A stretch of DNA of 64,000 nt from Myxococcales bacterium. Its GTDB lineage: Bacteria > Myxococcota_A > Polyangia > GCA-2747355. Below the pieces are notes generated by a model. It did no database searches. It worked only from the letters and a program-made list of their open reading frames with translations, and had not been told where the DNA came from. The DNA lies in assembly GCA_020431405.1 (NCBI GenBank), contig JAGQIK010000677.1:620-64619 (forward strand), written 5' to 3'. Below, piece after piece: positions 20,908-31,400 of this stretch. A program made the translations under genes and the position numbers. Positions within the stretch are counted from its first letter, which is position 1; the number at the start of each line of letters is the position of its first letter.

Positions 20908-21264
20908 TCAGCGCATCTTAAAGGCGTGCACGGCGATCGCAGCCCAGCCGACGAGCAGGGCCGTGCCGCCGATCGGGGTGATCGCCCCGAGCCAGCGCAC
21001 GCCGGTCACGGCGAGCAGATACAGCGTCCCCGAGAAGATCAGCACGCCGAGCAGCAGCGCCCAGTGCGCCACGGCCAGCGCGCGCGTCGCCTCGCGCCGC
21101 CGCATCACCGCGACCACCACCAACAGGATGGCGTGCAGCAGGTGATAGCGCGCGGCGGTCTCCCAGATCGCCTTCATCGCCGGCGAGAGCTTCGCCGCCA
21201 GCGCGTGCGCACCGAACGCCCCCGCCGCCACGCCGAGAAAGCCGAGAACCGCGCCCGCCAGCAT
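20908..21264 (-). CDS. DUF423 (YgdD/TMEM256-like) small membrane protein
   Basis: 118 aa with four predicted TM helices, plus GAHALAAK...HLLHAILLV and the C-terminal HAFKMR typical of DUF423. Confidence 0.65.
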   Translation of the reverse strand: MLAGAVLGFLGVAAGAFGAHALAAKLSPAMKAIWETAARYHLLHAILLVVVAVMRRREATRALAVAHWALLLGVLIFSGTLYLLAVTGVRWLGAITPIGGTALLVGWAAIAVHAFKMR

Positions 21265-21268
21265 CGGG

Positions 21269-23713
21269 TTACTCGAGGATCACCCAGCTAGGCAGGTTCT
21301 TGCCGCCGCGCAGCGCCGCGATGCTGCGCTGCAGCAGCTTCACCGCGTAGGGCGCGTTGTGGACGCCGCCGCTGCGGTCTTTGGCGAGCACGAGGTAGTT
21401 GTAGGCGGCCTTGTGCAGCTCGAGGTCGGCGAGCGGGAAGGTGAAGGGCACCTCGAGGCGCTCGATGCCGCCGCTGCCGTCGCAGTCGCCGAGGTCGCGC
21501 CCCTTGGCGTCCACGACGACGATCTTGTTGCGATAGCCGACCTTGTAGCCGACGCCCGCGTCGCGCGCGGCGCCGCAGCCCTTGTAGGCGCGCTTGGCGA
21601 TGGCGGCGCGGATGTCGCCGTCGAGCAGATTCATCAGCGCGGCGATCTCGTCGCGGATGCCGGACTTCTTGCCGTCACCGTCGTAGTCGCCCTTGGCGGG
21701 CAGGTCGAACGAGGTCGCCGTGCTGTGGCAGCCACGACAGGCGCCGATGTTGATCAACTTGTCTTTGCGCATGCGGAACGTGTGGCCGCCGAGCTCGCCG
21801 ACGCCTGGCGAGCCGAGCGGTGGTCCCGGGTGCATGTGGCAGTCGATGCAGCCCTTCTTGGTCTTCTTGGCGCAGGCGATGCCCGCCAGCGCGGGCAGCG
21901 CGACACCCGACACGTCGAGCGAGTAGCCCGCGCGGCCGTAGGTCAGGTCGGCCTGTGGCGCGTGCGGCGCGAGGCGCTCGTCGAGCGTCTGCGTCTTGTC
22001 GGGGTCGTGGCCGGCGTTGTGACAGGTGGCGCACAGCGCGGTGCCGCCGACCTTTGTCAGCTCGAGCCCGCTGGGCAGCGTGAGCGATCCGGCGCGATGC
22101 AGCTGGTGCTCGTGCCCCGCGATCATCGCGTTGTGGCAGCCCTGGCAGGTGATCGGCGCCGGGTTTTCGCAGCAGGTGAGCACCGCCGTTTTGGCCGAGT
22201 GCGGCCGGCTCAGCGCGGCGAAGGCGTAGTAGAAGCCTTGCGCGGTGTGACACTTGGCGCACTCGGGACGCCGATCGGGGCCGTTGATGTCGGTGCCCAC
22301 GGTCTTGGCGTGCTTGCTGAGCCGCCACTGCGCCACGGTCAGCTGTTCGGGCAGCCGGTCGTGGCAGCGCGCGCAGACGCCGACTTGAAAGAGCCCCGGT
22401 TGCTCGGCCACCGGCGGGTCGACACGCGCCGGGCCATGACACGACAGACAGTAGACGTTGCTGACGTTCTTCAGCTCGTCGGGCAGCTTGGCGAAGTTGC
22501 CGTCTTTGAGGCTGCTCGGGAACTTGATGTTGTTGCGCCGCGCGATGTCGTCGTAGCCGCCGTCATCGATGGTCGGGTGATAGCCCATGCTGTGACACTC
22601 GGCGCAGCGCTCCGATGCCGGGCCGCGATCGAGCTTGAGCTCGCCGTCGAGCAGGCGCTGCCAGCTGCGCGCGTGGGTCGTGCCCTTCCAGTTGCCCTCC
22701 ATCGCGGCGTGACACTCGCTGCGCCCGCAGTCGCGGCGCACCACGTTCCAGTCGCCCACCACCAGCGAGAACGTCAGCAGCTTGTTGGTCTCTTGCAGCA
22801 CCACCGTCGACTGCGCGGTGATCGGGCCGTTGGCCACTGGCACCACCGACGGCGTGCGCGTGGTCTGGCCCTCGACGGTGACCTTCCAGCCGTTGGGCTG
22901 GCTGACGAGCTTCCAGCTCCACGGGCCCGTCGGGTCGCCGGCGAAATAGTAGCGCCGCCCCGGGGGCACCGACGTCATGCCGCTCACCGCGTCGGTGGAT
23001 GTCGCGTAGCCATAGGCTTTGGCCACCAGGCCCTTGCTGTTTCGCGCCTGAAGCTCGAAGACGTATTCGCCGGCCTGATCGTGCGAGAAGCTGAGCACCG
23101 TCGGCAGCACAGGCAGCCCGCCGCGCGCCTTTTCGATGTCGGCCATGGTGAACGTCAGCTGGCGCTGGTTCCACGTCTTGACCGACTGCTCGATCTTCGG
23201 CCCTTCGAGCTGGCGCCAGGTGAACTGCGCGTCGTCCCAGTCCTTGCCGCACAGGTTGTTTGGCGAGAGGGTGATCGTCTTGCCGAAGCCGACGGCGCGC
23301 TTGGGGCTGACCACCATGCAGGGCAGCATTTTGATCGACAGCTGGTTGTCGCTTTGGGGCAGCTTGATCTTGGTCGGCGGCTGCGGCCGCTGGCCGTCCT
23401 TGGTGACGTAGAGCGTGTAGTTGCCGGCGGGCACCGCGCGCAGGCGCGCCTGGCCGGCGGCGTTCGTGCGCGCGCGCAGGTTGCCCGGCTTGAGCACCAC
23501 CTCGGCGTTCGCGATGGGGGCGCCGTCGGGGTAGAGCGCGCCGAGCAGCTTCTTGGGCCCGCGCCCGCAGCGCACGCGCGGGTAGGCTTCGCCGCTGACG
23601 TTGACCAGCAGGTCGCGCGTGTCGGGCTCCTCGCAGCCGCCGGCTCCAGCGAGCGCGGCGAGCAGCACGGCGAGCGAGCAGCAGAGCGGGCGTCGTCGCA
23701 TCGCCCCGAGCAT
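21269..23713 (-). CDS. lipoprotein multihaem cytochrome c (8 CxxCH plus one CX4CH) with N-terminal CarboxypepD_reg-like domain
   Basis: Lipobox LAGAGGCEEP. Haem motifs CAECH, CLSCH, CARCH, CAKCH, CQGCH, CATCH, CIDCH and CRGCH, plus CGRSECH. An NAEVVLKPGNLRARTNAAGQARLRAVPAGNYTLYV beta-sandwich module. Confidence 0.85.
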   Translation of the reverse strand: MLGAMRRRPLCCSLAVLLAALAGAGGCEEPDTRDLLVNVSGEAYPRVRCGRGPKKLLGALYPDGAPIANAEVVLKPGNLRARTNAAGQARLRAVPAGNYTLYVTKDGQRPQPPTKIKLPQSDNQLSIKMLPCMVVSPKRAVGFGKTITLSPNNLCGKDWDDAQFTWRQLEGPKIEQSVKTWNQRQLTFTMADIEKARGGLPVLPTVLSFSHDQAGEYVFELQARNSKGLVAKAYGYATSTDAVSGMTSVPPGRRYYFAGDPTGPWSWKLVSQPNGWKVTVEGQTTRTPSVVPVANGPITAQSTVVLQETNKLLTFSLVVGDWNVVRRDCGRSECHAAMEGNWKGTTHARSWQRLLDGELKLDRGPASERCAECHSMGYHPTIDDGGYDDIARRNNIKFPSSLKDGNFAKLPDELKNVSNVYCLSCHGPARVDPPVAEQPGLFQVGVCARCHDRLPEQLTVAQWRLSKHAKTVGTDINGPDRRPECAKCHTAQGFYYAFAALSRPHSAKTAVLTCCENPAPITCQGCHNAMIAGHEHQLHRAGSLTLPSGLELTKVGGTALCATCHNAGHDPDKTQTLDERLAPHAPQADLTYGRAGYSLDVSGVALPALAGIACAKKTKKGCIDCHMHPGPPLGSPGVGELGGHTFRMRKDKLINIGACRGCHSTATSFDLPAKGDYDGDGKKSGIRDEIAALMNLLDGDIRAAIAKRAYKGCGAARDAGVGYKVGYRNKIVVVDAKGRDLGDCDGSGGIERLEVPFTFPLADLELHKAAYNYLVLAKDRSGGVHNAPYAVKLLQRSIAALRGGKNLPSWVILE

Positions 23714-23714
23714 A

Positions 23715-25412
23715 TCAGGGCGCCGCCGGCGCGCCGCCCTTACGTGGATCGCTGGCGCCGGCGACCACGCCCGGGCGCGTCTGCCCGGCCACCTGCACGG
23801 CGGTGAACGGATGTTTGACCGCGCGCAGCACGTGGCCGCGCCGCTTCAGCGCTTGGCGCACGTCGGCGGGCAGATCGTCCTCGACCCACAGCTTGTTGGG
23901 CAGCCACTGGTGATGGATGCGCGAGCGCGCGACGGCCTCGCCGAGCTCGAGACCGAAGTCGATCACGTTGAGCAGCGCCTGCAGCGTGCCGGTGATGATC
24001 GTCGGCCCGCCCGAGGCGCCGACCACCAGCTCGACCTGGTTGCCTTTGGTCACGATGGTCGGCGACATGCTCGAGAGCGGGCGCTTGTTGGGGCGCACCG
24101 TGTTCTTTTCGGACTGCATCAGGCCGAACACGTTGGGTTTGCCAGGCTGCGCCGAGAAGTCATCCATCTCGTTGTTGAGGATGATGCCCGAGCGCTTGGT
24201 GGCGACCAGCGAGCCGAAGCCGGTGTTGATCGTCGACGTCACGGAGACGGCCATCCCGCCCTTGTCGATCACGGCGATGTGGCTGGTGCCGCCGTCGCGC
24301 GGGCTCGCGCGCTTCTTGTCGAGCGACCCGTAGCGGTTGATCGGGAGCGTCTTTTTGCCGACGCGTGCCAGCAGCTTGTCGGCGTAGGCCTGCGACGTCA
24401 GCCGCGCGATGGGCACCTTGACGAAGTCGGTGTCGCCCAGATAGCGCGCGCGATCGGCGAAGGCGTGTTTGAGCACCTCGGTGAGCAGGTGCAGGTAGCG
24501 CGACGAGTTGTGGCCGAGCTTCTCGAGCGCGCGGCGCCGCAGCATGTTGAGCGCCATCACGATCGCCACGCCCCCCGACGACGGCGGCGGCATCGTCCAC
24601 ACGCTGCGTCCGCGATAGCGCACGTGAAGCGGCGCGCGCGTGCGCACCTTGTAGCCCGCCAGGTCTTGCATGGTGAGGATGCCGCCGGCCTTCTTGACGG
24701 CGGCGACGATGTCGCGCGCGATCCAGCCGCGATAGAAAACGCGCGCGCCGCCGCGAGCGATGGCGCGCAGAGCGCGGGCCAGGCGCGGGCGCCGCATGCG
24801 CTGGCCGACCTGCGGCGGTTTGCCGCCCGGCATCAGGATGCGCGCGAGATCGGGGTAGCGCGTGATCTGGCGCTGCTTCCACGCCACGCCCGCGGCGAGG
24901 TGATGCTCGACCTTGAAGCCGCGCGCTGCGTAGCGGATGGCCGGCGCCAGCACGCGGGCGAGCGACAGCTTGCCCCAGCGCTTGACCGCGTAGGCGCAAC
25001 CGGCGACCTCGCCGGGCACGCCGACAGCGAGCCCGCCGTAGCGGCTGGCGTTCTTGGGCAGCCCCGGCTTGAGGTACATCTCGCGCGACGCAGCGCGCGG
25101 CGCCACCTCGCGAAAGTCGAGCACCTGCGCCGGCGCGGCGCCGGCCGGCTTGACGAGCATGAAGCCGCCGCCGCCCACGCCGGAGCCCGCAGGGTTGACC
25201 ACGCTCAACGCGAAGGCCGCGGCGCACGCGGCATCGACCGCGTTGCCGCCGCGCGCGAGCATCTCGGCGCCGGCGGCCGAGGCCAGTCGGTGATCGGCGG
25301 CGACCACGCCGCGGCGCGACGTGAGCGCGCGCTCGCCGGCGGCGAGGGCGGGCCCGCAGAGCACGAGCAGGCAGGCGAGGGCGAAATAGAGACGTGAGAA
25401 AGCAGTACGCAC
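23715..25412 (-). CDS. ggt: gamma-glutamyltranspeptidase
   Basis: Signal peptide. Autoprocessing and nucleophile region DGGTSHIAVIDKGGMAVSVTSTINTGFGS. Overall GGT signature (GGFMLV, GGPTIITGTLQALLNV). Lies 1 bp upstream of the cytochrome gene. Confidence 0.9.
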   Translation of the reverse strand: MRTAFSRLYFALACLLVLCGPALAAGERALTSRRGVVAADHRLASAAGAEMLARGGNAVDAACAAAFALSVVNPAGSGVGGGGFMLVKPAGAAPAQVLDFREVAPRAASREMYLKPGLPKNASRYGGLAVGVPGEVAGCAYAVKRWGKLSLARVLAPAIRYAARGFKVEHHLAAGVAWKQRQITRYPDLARILMPGGKPPQVGQRMRRPRLARALRAIARGGARVFYRGWIARDIVAAVKKAGGILTMQDLAGYKVRTRAPLHVRYRGRSVWTMPPPSSGGVAIVMALNMLRRRALEKLGHNSSRYLHLLTEVLKHAFADRARYLGDTDFVKVPIARLTSQAYADKLLARVGKKTLPINRYGSLDKKRASPRDGGTSHIAVIDKGGMAVSVTSTINTGFGSLVATKRSGIILNNEMDDFSAQPGKPNVFGLMQSEKNTVRPNKRPLSSMSPTIVTKGNQVELVVGASGGPTIITGTLQALLNVIDFGLELGEAVARSRIHHQWLPNKLWVEDDLPADVRQALKRRGHVLRAVKHPFTAVQVAGQTRPGVVAGASDPRKGGAPAAP

Positions 25413-25490
25413 TGGTGAACGCTACTGAATGCGGGGCAGGGCGGCAAGCCGCGTTGAAATATAGGAGGGGTTCGCGTGCTCGAGGCGACG

Positions 25491-27491
25491 CTACCCCTTC
25501 TCGGAGCGCTTTTCGCTCGAGGCTTGGTTGCGGCGGTAGAGCGCGTCACTCAGGCGTCTGATCGCGGTCGCGAGGTAACGCCGGTAGGTGCCCCAGGACA
25601 GCTCGAGCCGCTCGGCCGCGGCACGCTGCGTCCCCGCCGGAAGCAGATAGGTGCGCTCGAGAACGCGGTAGTAGCGCACGTCTTTGGCCGTGGCGAGAAA
25701 CATCCGGCACTGCTCGCGCGCGAGCTCGGCAAGCGCCCGCGCCCGCTCCGAGTCGCTGGCGTCCGGCGAGACACGGTCGAGCACCATCTGCGTCGCCGTC
25801 AGCGGGTTCTGCTCGAGCAGGTCGAGCCGATCGAGGTCACGCAGCGCTCGCTTGACCGCGCGTCCGAAGGGCTGGCGTCCACGGGTCGTGACGCTCGGCG
25901 TGGCGACGACCACCCGCGAGCGCATGCGATCGCGCAGCAGCGTCGCGATGTCGACGCGACGCAGGTCGAGGCCGAAGGTATAGAAGGTCCGTCCGCTTGC
26001 CTCGGCGTGGGTCTTGTCGAAGGTCTGCATGCCGGCTTCGTTCGCGATCTGCTGCCAGCGGCTGTCACTGGCGACGTGCAGCACGGCGGCGAGGTCGGGC
26101 GTGATCAGCTTGGCGTGCGTGTCCGAAAACAGGCAGCTCTGCGCCGCGCACGGCGCTTGATAGCAACCGTCCGTCATCCACATACGCACGCAGTAGACAG
26201 CTTGATGAGTCTCGACGTAGGCGAGCACGTGCTCGACGATGGGCCGCAGCAGCGGGTCGCGCGCCAGCTCGGCTGGCTCGTAGCGTTCGAGCCACAGCCC
26301 GAGCAAAAAGCCTTCGACCTCGCCGCCATCTTCGACGACGAGAACATCGCCGCCGCGGTCCCACCAGTGCTCGAGCCAGCGCCTCCCGAGCTCGCCTTCG
26401 TGCTTGGCCGCCATGCGACCGAGCGTCTCGCGGTCGGCGGCGAGCGCGTGCCGCAGCCGGCACGTCTCCGTATACGTGTCGTGCTCGGCGAAGGCGCTCC
26501 AGCCGGGCACGCGCTGCGCGACGAACAACCATTCGGCTGGCGCCCGGCCGAGAAAGAAGAGCATGAGCTGCTCGACGAGCGCCCAGTAGCGCAGCGGACT
26601 ACGCCACTGCAAGTCGGCTGCGATGGCGTCGCGCATCAGCGCGTGGGGTTGAAGGCCGCCCGGCACCGCCTCTATGAACGACTGCCCGTGCAGCCAGTCG
26701 AAGACCTCCCGTGCTCGCGGCCGGCCGAGCACCTCGGCGAGCACGGCGTCGTTGGTCGTGCGCACCAGAGCGCAGATCTCGAGCCCTTCGCGGTGGGCAT
26801 CTCCCGGCACGTCGCGCAACAGCTCGCCGATGAGCGGCTGTAGCAGATCCGGGATCTCGGCCAGGCTCGCGACGTCCTCGGCGACGATTTGCTCGAAGCG
26901 CTCGGCGCACAGCGCGAGGCACAACGGATGGCCGCGCGTCAACGCGAGCAGGCGCGCGTGCGTCCCCGCGTCGGCCTGGATGCCGCGGCGCTCGAGAAAC
27001 GCGGCCACCTCGCGCTCCGAAAAGTGGTCGAGTCGCACCGCAACGAAGACCTCGCCCCACGCAGGGTGGGCGACCCAGCGCGCGCCGAGGTGCCGGCGAC
27101 CGGCCGTGACCAGCGTCGTCGCGCCGCCGAGCGAGGGGACGAGCTCCTCGCGCAGCCAGTCGTCGATGGGCTCGAGCAGGTCGACGTTGTCGATGATCGC
27201 CAGCGCGGGCGGGTCGTCACCGCCAACGAGGCCTAGCGCTTGACGCAGCGCACGGGGGTCGGGCGCGATGCGGGTCGCGTCGACCCAACGTCGCGTCGCG
27301 CTGTCGTGCCGGCGGCATAGCGCGTGAAGCAGCTCGGTCTTGCCGACGCCCGCGTTGCCTTCGACGTAGACAAACGGCGGACGCGCGGGCGCTCGCAGCC
27401 AGCACGAGAGCTGATCGAGCTCGCGCTCGCGGCCGACGAAGCGCGCCGCGCGAAACCGCGTCACGCGCGCGTGGTAGCCGTCGGCCGCCAC
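25491..27491 (-). CDS. STAND/LAL-type P-loop ATPase transcriptional regulator with a central GNAT-like region and C-terminal sigma70-r4/LuxR-like HTH
   Basis: FVGRERELDQL then Walker A VYVEGNAGVGKTELL then hhhhDNVDLLEP, as in large ATP-binding regulators. C-terminal LELSWGTYRRYLATAIRRL helix-turn-helix. Lies 5 bp downstream of the XRE gene, so likely operonic. Confidence 0.55.
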   Translation of the reverse strand: MAADGYHARVTRFRAARFVGRERELDQLSCWLRAPARPPFVYVEGNAGVGKTELLHALCRRHDSATRRWVDATRIAPDPRALRQALGLVGGDDPPALAIIDNVDLLEPIDDWLREELVPSLGGATTLVTAGRRHLGARWVAHPAWGEVFVAVRLDHFSEREVAAFLERRGIQADAGTHARLLALTRGHPLCLALCAERFEQIVAEDVASLAEIPDLLQPLIGELLRDVPGDAHREGLEICALVRTTNDAVLAEVLGRPRAREVFDWLHGQSFIEAVPGGLQPHALMRDAIAADLQWRSPLRYWALVEQLMLFFLGRAPAEWLFVAQRVPGWSAFAEHDTYTETCRLRHALAADRETLGRMAAKHEGELGRRWLEHWWDRGGDVLVVEDGGEVEGFLLGLWLERYEPAELARDPLLRPIVEHVLAYVETHQAVYCVRMWMTDGCYQAPCAAQSCLFSDTHAKLITPDLAAVLHVASDSRWQQIANEAGMQTFDKTHAEASGRTFYTFGLDLRRVDIATLLRDRMRSRVVVATPSVTTRGRQPFGRAVKRALRDLDRLDLLEQNPLTATQMVLDRVSPDASDSERARALAELAREQCRMFLATAKDVRYYRVLERTYLLPAGTQRAAAERLELSWGTYRRYLATAIRRLSDALYRRNQASSEKRSEKG

Positions 27492-27495
27492 GCCG

Positions 27496-27924
27496 CTACT
27501 CGTTTACGGCAGCGGAGGCCTGCCTCGGCTCGCCCCCGCGCTCGACGAACATCGCCCGCGCAACGCGCAGCAGCGTCGAGACGTCGCCGGTGCTGCGACA
27601 GCGCATGTAGTCGACGAGCTGCGCGAGCGGGCCGCGCGCCCCGCCCTCGCTGATGCTCTCGAGCAGCGTGTCGAGCCCGAGCCCGAGCCCCTGGCTGAGC
27701 TTGTGCAGCGTCACCAGCGAGGGCACCATCTTCGCGGATTCGATGCGTCGGATCGAGTCCGGCGACAGCTGCGCCGCGTCAGCGAGGTCTTCCTGGCTCC
27801 AGCAGCGCGTCGCGCGCAGGTCGCGCAATCGATGAGCCAGCGCGCGAACCAACCTTCTCTGCTCGTCCACTCCTTCGACGCCCATCGCGCTCTCCTTTGC
27901 GATCGTCCCTGCAGCAACCTGCAT
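27496..27924 (-). CDS. XRE-family HTH transcriptional regulator (paralog 2)
   Basis: HTH CWSQEDLADAAQLSPDSIRRIESAKMVPSLVTLHKLSQGLG. A C-terminal segment (LAQLVDYM...LLRVARAMF) is shared with the neighbouring paralog. Probable start at MGVEG (about 27885). Confidence 0.6.
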   Translation of the reverse strand: MQVAAGTIAKESAMGVEGVDEQRRLVRALAHRLRDLRATRCWSQEDLADAAQLSPDSIRRIESAKMVPSLVTLHKLSQGLGLGLDTLLESISEGGARGPLAQLVDYMRCRSTGDVSTLLRVARAMFVERGGEPRQASAAVNE

Positions 27925-28080
27925 TGCTGGTGCCAGCTGGCAAATCGGACAATACGCAGAAATAACGAACTAGCACTAATAGCTGTCTGGTCGGACGGGC
28001 ACTTTTTGTGAGCAGTTCTTGCCGGCGTCGGCACGCATTGCCCGATCGATAGCAACGCTGCCGCCAGCGCGGTCCACGGG

Positions 28081-28410
28081 CTAGCGATGGCCAAAGATCG
28101 CTTCGGCGACGCGCAGGAGCGCGGCGAGCTCGTCGGCGCGCAGAGTCGCCGCGAACTCGACCAGCTGGGCCAGCTGGTGCGACTGCAGGTTGGTCACGTC
28201 GGCGCCCGCCAACAGGGCCAGATCAGTCGCATATCCCGTCGCCAGTTTGTGCAGGGATATCAACGACGGTGCCATACGGCCACTCTCCATCCGCCGAATG
28301 GAGTCCACCGATAGCCCCGTTCGCTCCGCCGCTTCCTCCTGAGTCCAGCCGCGTGCGGCGCGCTGGCGCCTCAGACGGGCCGCGAAGCGCTTGAGCAGCT
28401 CGTCGCTCAT
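28081..28410 (-). CDS. XRE-family HTH transcriptional regulator (paralog 1)
   Basis: HTH GWTQEEAAERTGLSVDSIRRMESGRMAPSLISLHKLATGYA. C-terminal LAQLVEFAATLRADELAALLRVAEAIF. Confidence 0.65.
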   Translation of the reverse strand: MSDELLKRFAARLRRQRAARGWTQEEAAERTGLSVDSIRRMESGRMAPSLISLHKLATGYATDLALLAGADVTNLQSHQLAQLVEFAATLRADELAALLRVAEAIFGHR

Positions 28411-28482
28411 GGTCGCGCCGGGCGAGGCAACGCTGCCAGCGAGACGGCAATGCGCCGCTGCGCCGGTCAGCGCCGCCTGCGC

Positions 28483-31400
28483 CTACTGCACCGTGACGCT
28501 GCAGCGGTTGGCGCCACTTGCCGTCACGCCACCGTACGAAGGCACTGCAAATGCCGACCCTGCGGCCACGCCGGTGAGCAGGCCTGGGCTCGCTGGCGTG
28601 ACGAAGTCGGCCACGCCCGTGCCGCTGGAGGTCCAGCTCGTTTGCGTGTCGGTGGTGATCTCGTTTTCGGAGCTGTCGCTGAGCGTGACGTAGGCGCGCA
28701 GCTGCGCCGTCCCGCCGGGAACGATGCTTACCTGCGCCGGCTCGCAGCGTACAGAGACCGGGGTCGCCGCGGTGACGCTGACGGCCAACGGTCCGCTGGC
28801 CGCGCCGCCGCGCGAGGCGCTGAGGTTGGTCGAGCCCACGGCCGCCGCGGTGAAGGTGCCGGCGCCGGCGCCGGAGGCGACGACGGTACCCGTCGAGGTG
28901 TTCGACGAGGCCCAGGTGACGTTGGCGGTGCCCCAGTACTTGCTGCCGCCGAGCAAAGTGACGTGTGCTGCGTAGGGCACCTGCAGCCCATTGGCGACCG
29001 ACGCCGACGGCGTGCCGCCGGTGCTGCTGACGATGGCGATGGTCGAGATCGCGCCCGGCTGGATCGAGATCGTGAAGGTGTCGGACTGGCCGGAGAGCGC
29101 GGCCATCACCGTCTGGGTCGACTGCGCGCTCGGCGTTCCGCTGCTGACAACGCCGGCGGCGCTGATGGCCGTGCCGCTGACCACGGGCGTCCCCAGCGTC
29201 CAAGTCACGCTGTCGGTGAGGTCGTCGTCGGGGCCGGCCGAGTAGTGGCCGGTCGCTCTGAGCGGCAGCGTCCAGCCACCCGCGGGCATCTGCGCGTCGG
29301 CGCCGCCGTTGGTGCCGCCGCTGATGAAGCTCGCGGTGGCGCTGATCGTGAGGCCGGTGAGGACCTTGCCACTGACCGTGACCGCCGAGGCGTTGGACGT
29401 CACGCCGAGCAGAGAGGCCGTCACGACCGCTGTACCCGCGGTGGTGGTCGAGGTCACCGCGCCCGACCCCGGGTTGGGCGACGTCGGCGCCACGACGCCG
29501 GTGTTGGTCGAAGCGTAGGTCGCGACGCGGCTGAGGTCGTAGGTGCCCGCGCCGCTTCCGCCGACATAGGTGCCGGTGGCCGCGACGGTGCGCTGCGTGC
29601 CGCGCGCCATCGAGACAGTGGCGGGCAAGGCGATACTGCTCAGCGTGGCGCTGCCGACGGTGATGCGGCGCGTGGCCGTCTTGTTTCCGCCGCAACCGGC
29701 GACGGTGACTGTCAGATCGGCGAACTGTGCTGCCGTGGCGCCCGTGGCGATGCTGCCAGCGCCGTCGGCGGCATAGGTGCCGCCTGCCGGGTCGACGATG
29801 ATGTTGTTGCTGTCGCTCTTGGAGAACGCCGGAGTGCAGGGCAGGCTGCTGCCGTTTGAGGTCGTGCACGCGTAGCCGAGCTCGAAGAATGCGCCGCGCG
29901 GCAGCGTGGTGTTGCCCGATGGGCTGGTGATAGCGATCGCCGTGATGCACGCGGCGCTGACAGTCGCGCTCACCGTGTTCGAGATCACCGTGCCGACCTG
30001 AGCGAAGAAGTTGGTCGAGCCCGCGGCGAGCCCGGTCAGCGTGTACGCCTTGTTGGCGCTGCCCGCCGAGGGGCCGGTGATCGAGGCCACCGAGCCGTTG
30101 GCGATCTGCCACGTCACGACCGGCGGATCGAGGCTGTAGTCGTTGCTGCCGTCGGTCCATACCGCCGTGACTGTCAGCGTCTGCGCGCCGCCAGCGCCGA
30201 TGGGAAGGCTGACGCTGGGGCTGGGGCTGACGGATAGCGACTTGAGCGTCACTGCGACGACATCGAGGGCGACGTTGGTCGACGTGACGCCGCGGTAGGT
30301 GGCGCTGATGTTGGTCGAGCCGGCGGCGACGGCTGTCGCCCGGCCGCTGCTGTTGATGCTCGCCACGCTGGTCGCCGAGCTTTGCCAGCTCGATACGCGC
30401 GCCGTGACGTCGAAGGTGCGCTCGGCGGCGCTGAAGCTCGCGCAGGCACCCGAGGCAGGATAGACGGCTTGCGCTGTGAAGTCGCGGTTCTGGCCCACCG
30501 GCAGGTTGCCGGTGCCGCCAGTCGACGCGTTGACCGCCGGCGCGGCGCAGGCGGCAACGGTAACGATGAATGTGTCGGTCTTGCCGTTGGACGTGGTGAC
30601 GCTGATGATCGTCGTGCCCGCGCCGACGCCGCTGAGCAGTCCAGCGGCCGAGACCGTCGCAGTGCTCGTCTGCTGCGACGACCACGTCGAGCTCGACGTC
30701 ACGTCGACGTTGGTCGTCCCGTCGGTCATCGTCGCCAGCGCTCGCAGCTGCACCTGCTCGCCCTGCGGCAGGTTCGCGACCTTGGGCGTGATCGTCACCG
30801 TGTCGATGGCCGCCGTGCCGACGGTGGCGCTGGCCTGGCCGCTGATCGTCGTCTTGGTGGTGTCTCCGCCCATGCAGACGTTGGCGCCGCTGAGCGTGAA
30901 GGTCACGGTGGCGGCGCCGGCTGCGTTGGCCGTGAAGGTGGCGGCGCCGCCCGAGTTGGATAGCACGCTGCCAGCCGACGACGACCAGGTCCCGAGGGAC
31001 GTGACATCGGTCTGGTTGCTGCCGGTGTCCGTCGCCGTGGCGACGAAGGTCTGCATCTGTCCAACCGCGAGCGTCGCCGTCGCCGGAGTGACGGCCACTG
31101 AGCTGTAGCAGACCGTCGCCGTCGAGACGTTGATGCCGAGGGTGTTGGTGATGCCGTCCTTGAGGAAGCTGAGCGTGATCGGCGTGCCGCCGGTGGCGGT
31201 CGAGAACGTCTGGATCGCCGTGCCGGCGCTGGTGGTCGTCACGGCCACGATCGAGGCGTTGGCGCTCGATGAGGTCACCAGCTTGGAGATATCGTACGAC
31301 GTCGAGTTGCTGTAGACGCCGGTGACCGTCAGCGGGCTGGTGACGTTCTGACCGAGCGTCGCGCCGTCGGTGATGCTGAATGTCATGCTGCTGAGCGTCG

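Noticed and set aside
21359-23806. 815-aa plus-strand ORF
   Set aside because: Antisense to the multihaem cytochrome gene, which is validated by eight CxxCH motifs.
25491-27491. Considered calling the 666-aa protein an Avs/anti-phage STAND defence protein
   Set aside because: It has only an HTH output and no nuclease or protease effector domain. It looks like a LAL/AfsR-type transcriptional regulator rather than a defence NLR. Kept as a regulator of unknown target.
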